From Fimicolochytrium jonesii (lineage: Eukaryota), in assembly GCF_025526975.1 (NCBI RefSeq), contig NW_026515678.1, positions 372,001 through 436,000 on the forward strand: a DNA stretch of 64,000 nucleotides, read 5' to 3'. Below are positions 63,270 through 64,000 of this stretch, one piece after another (the first letter of the stretch is position 1; each line of letters starts with the position of its first letter). A program made the position numbers and the translations under genes. The notes below the pieces were generated by a model, which saw nothing but the letters and a program-made list of their open reading frames with translations, did no database searches and was not told where the DNA came from.

Positions 63270-64000
63270 ATGGCCGCCGCTGCCGCCGATAATGCTGCCT
63301 TGGCTGCCGGAGCCGCAGCACTGGCAGCTATGGCAGAGCAAGAGGCGATGGGAAACGAGCGGGTGGAGGCCGAGATACCCGACGAGCTAAAAGAGCAGCC
63401 GCCGCCTGAGAGTTTATTTGCTCTGGATAAGCGCATGGATGAGGTACCGTTTCCCACATGCATATGGCATACGGCGAAAACCTGGGAGTCATAATGACTT
63501 CTGTTGATAGCTGTTATCCGATATCAAAGTTTTACAGCAACAGCGGGCGAAGGACTATCAAAACACGAGTGGGAGAGTTGACCGGCTGGCTGCGTTCCAA
63601 TCCATAAGGTATGCACTTCGAGGAGTACCCTGAACCTGAACAGGATTGTTAACATCTCTCAGTGTGTTCGAAAAGTACAAGCATATGCGCGCGGAGCGCA
63701 TAGAGGAAATAGTCAAGACCAGCGTCCCAGAGAGAGCTGCAAGCTCCTCCAAGCTCATAGCTGATGAGGTATGTGTGCTGAATCCAAGCGCTTTCTTTTT
63801 TGGCTGCTCCTGACATTTCTTTCGCGCAGCTCGATACCTACTGGCAACTTGATGATAGTCTAGCGCACGACCAGCTACTCGTAATGCTGGTGGATTTCTT
63901 CAAGCATAAAGCATCTCTCCTGTTGGAGCAAAACGCCCTCATGCTCTCAAGATGGGCTCGTTTCTGCCGAACATCACATGACGTCGCCAATTTCTTCCCT
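63270..64000 (+). CDS. 5' part of a multi-exon coiled-coil protein, possibly DUF4549/CCDC162-like; runs off the window
   Basis: AAAATGG start, GT-AG introns, motif LMLSRWARFCRTSHDVANFFP; divergent from the ARM-SPRY gene. Confidence 0.55.

Overview
Eukaryotic, intron-rich fungal DNA with short GT-AG introns and fungal-type H3, Ydj1 and Pns1. The gene mix is most consistent with a zoosporic (chytrid-like) fungus, but that is inference. About 22 protein-coding genes are supportable. Housekeeping: RPT6, YDJ1, HSP60, histone H3, a head-to-head RPL7/RPS16 pair, PNS1 and a TPT-family transporter. Others: a secreted pectin methylesterase, a C2H2 transcription factor, an NBR1/p62-like PB1-ZZ-ZZ protein, a BCH-RhoGAP, an Opy2-like membrane protein, an ARM-SPRY-SPRY protein and a probable meiotic SPO16/PTD homologue. 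A clear box C/D snoRNA lies in RPL7 intron 2. The strongest novelty candidate is a ~980-aa type I membrane protein (28617-31714, minus). It has a signal peptide, a glycosylated extracellular WD40 propeller, a Thr-rich stalk, one TM helix and a short tail with two NPLY motifs spaced as in beta-integrin tails. Also notable: two secreted prepro-peptide genes with toxin/antimicrobial-like design, an alpha/beta-hydrolase fused to an RNA-triphosphatase-like domain, a LEA-repeat/MAPEG fusion, a predicted 3'UTR intron in H3, and recurring C-rich to G-rich skew switches. Exon boundaries were called by eye and family assignments come from motif recognition, not database searches.
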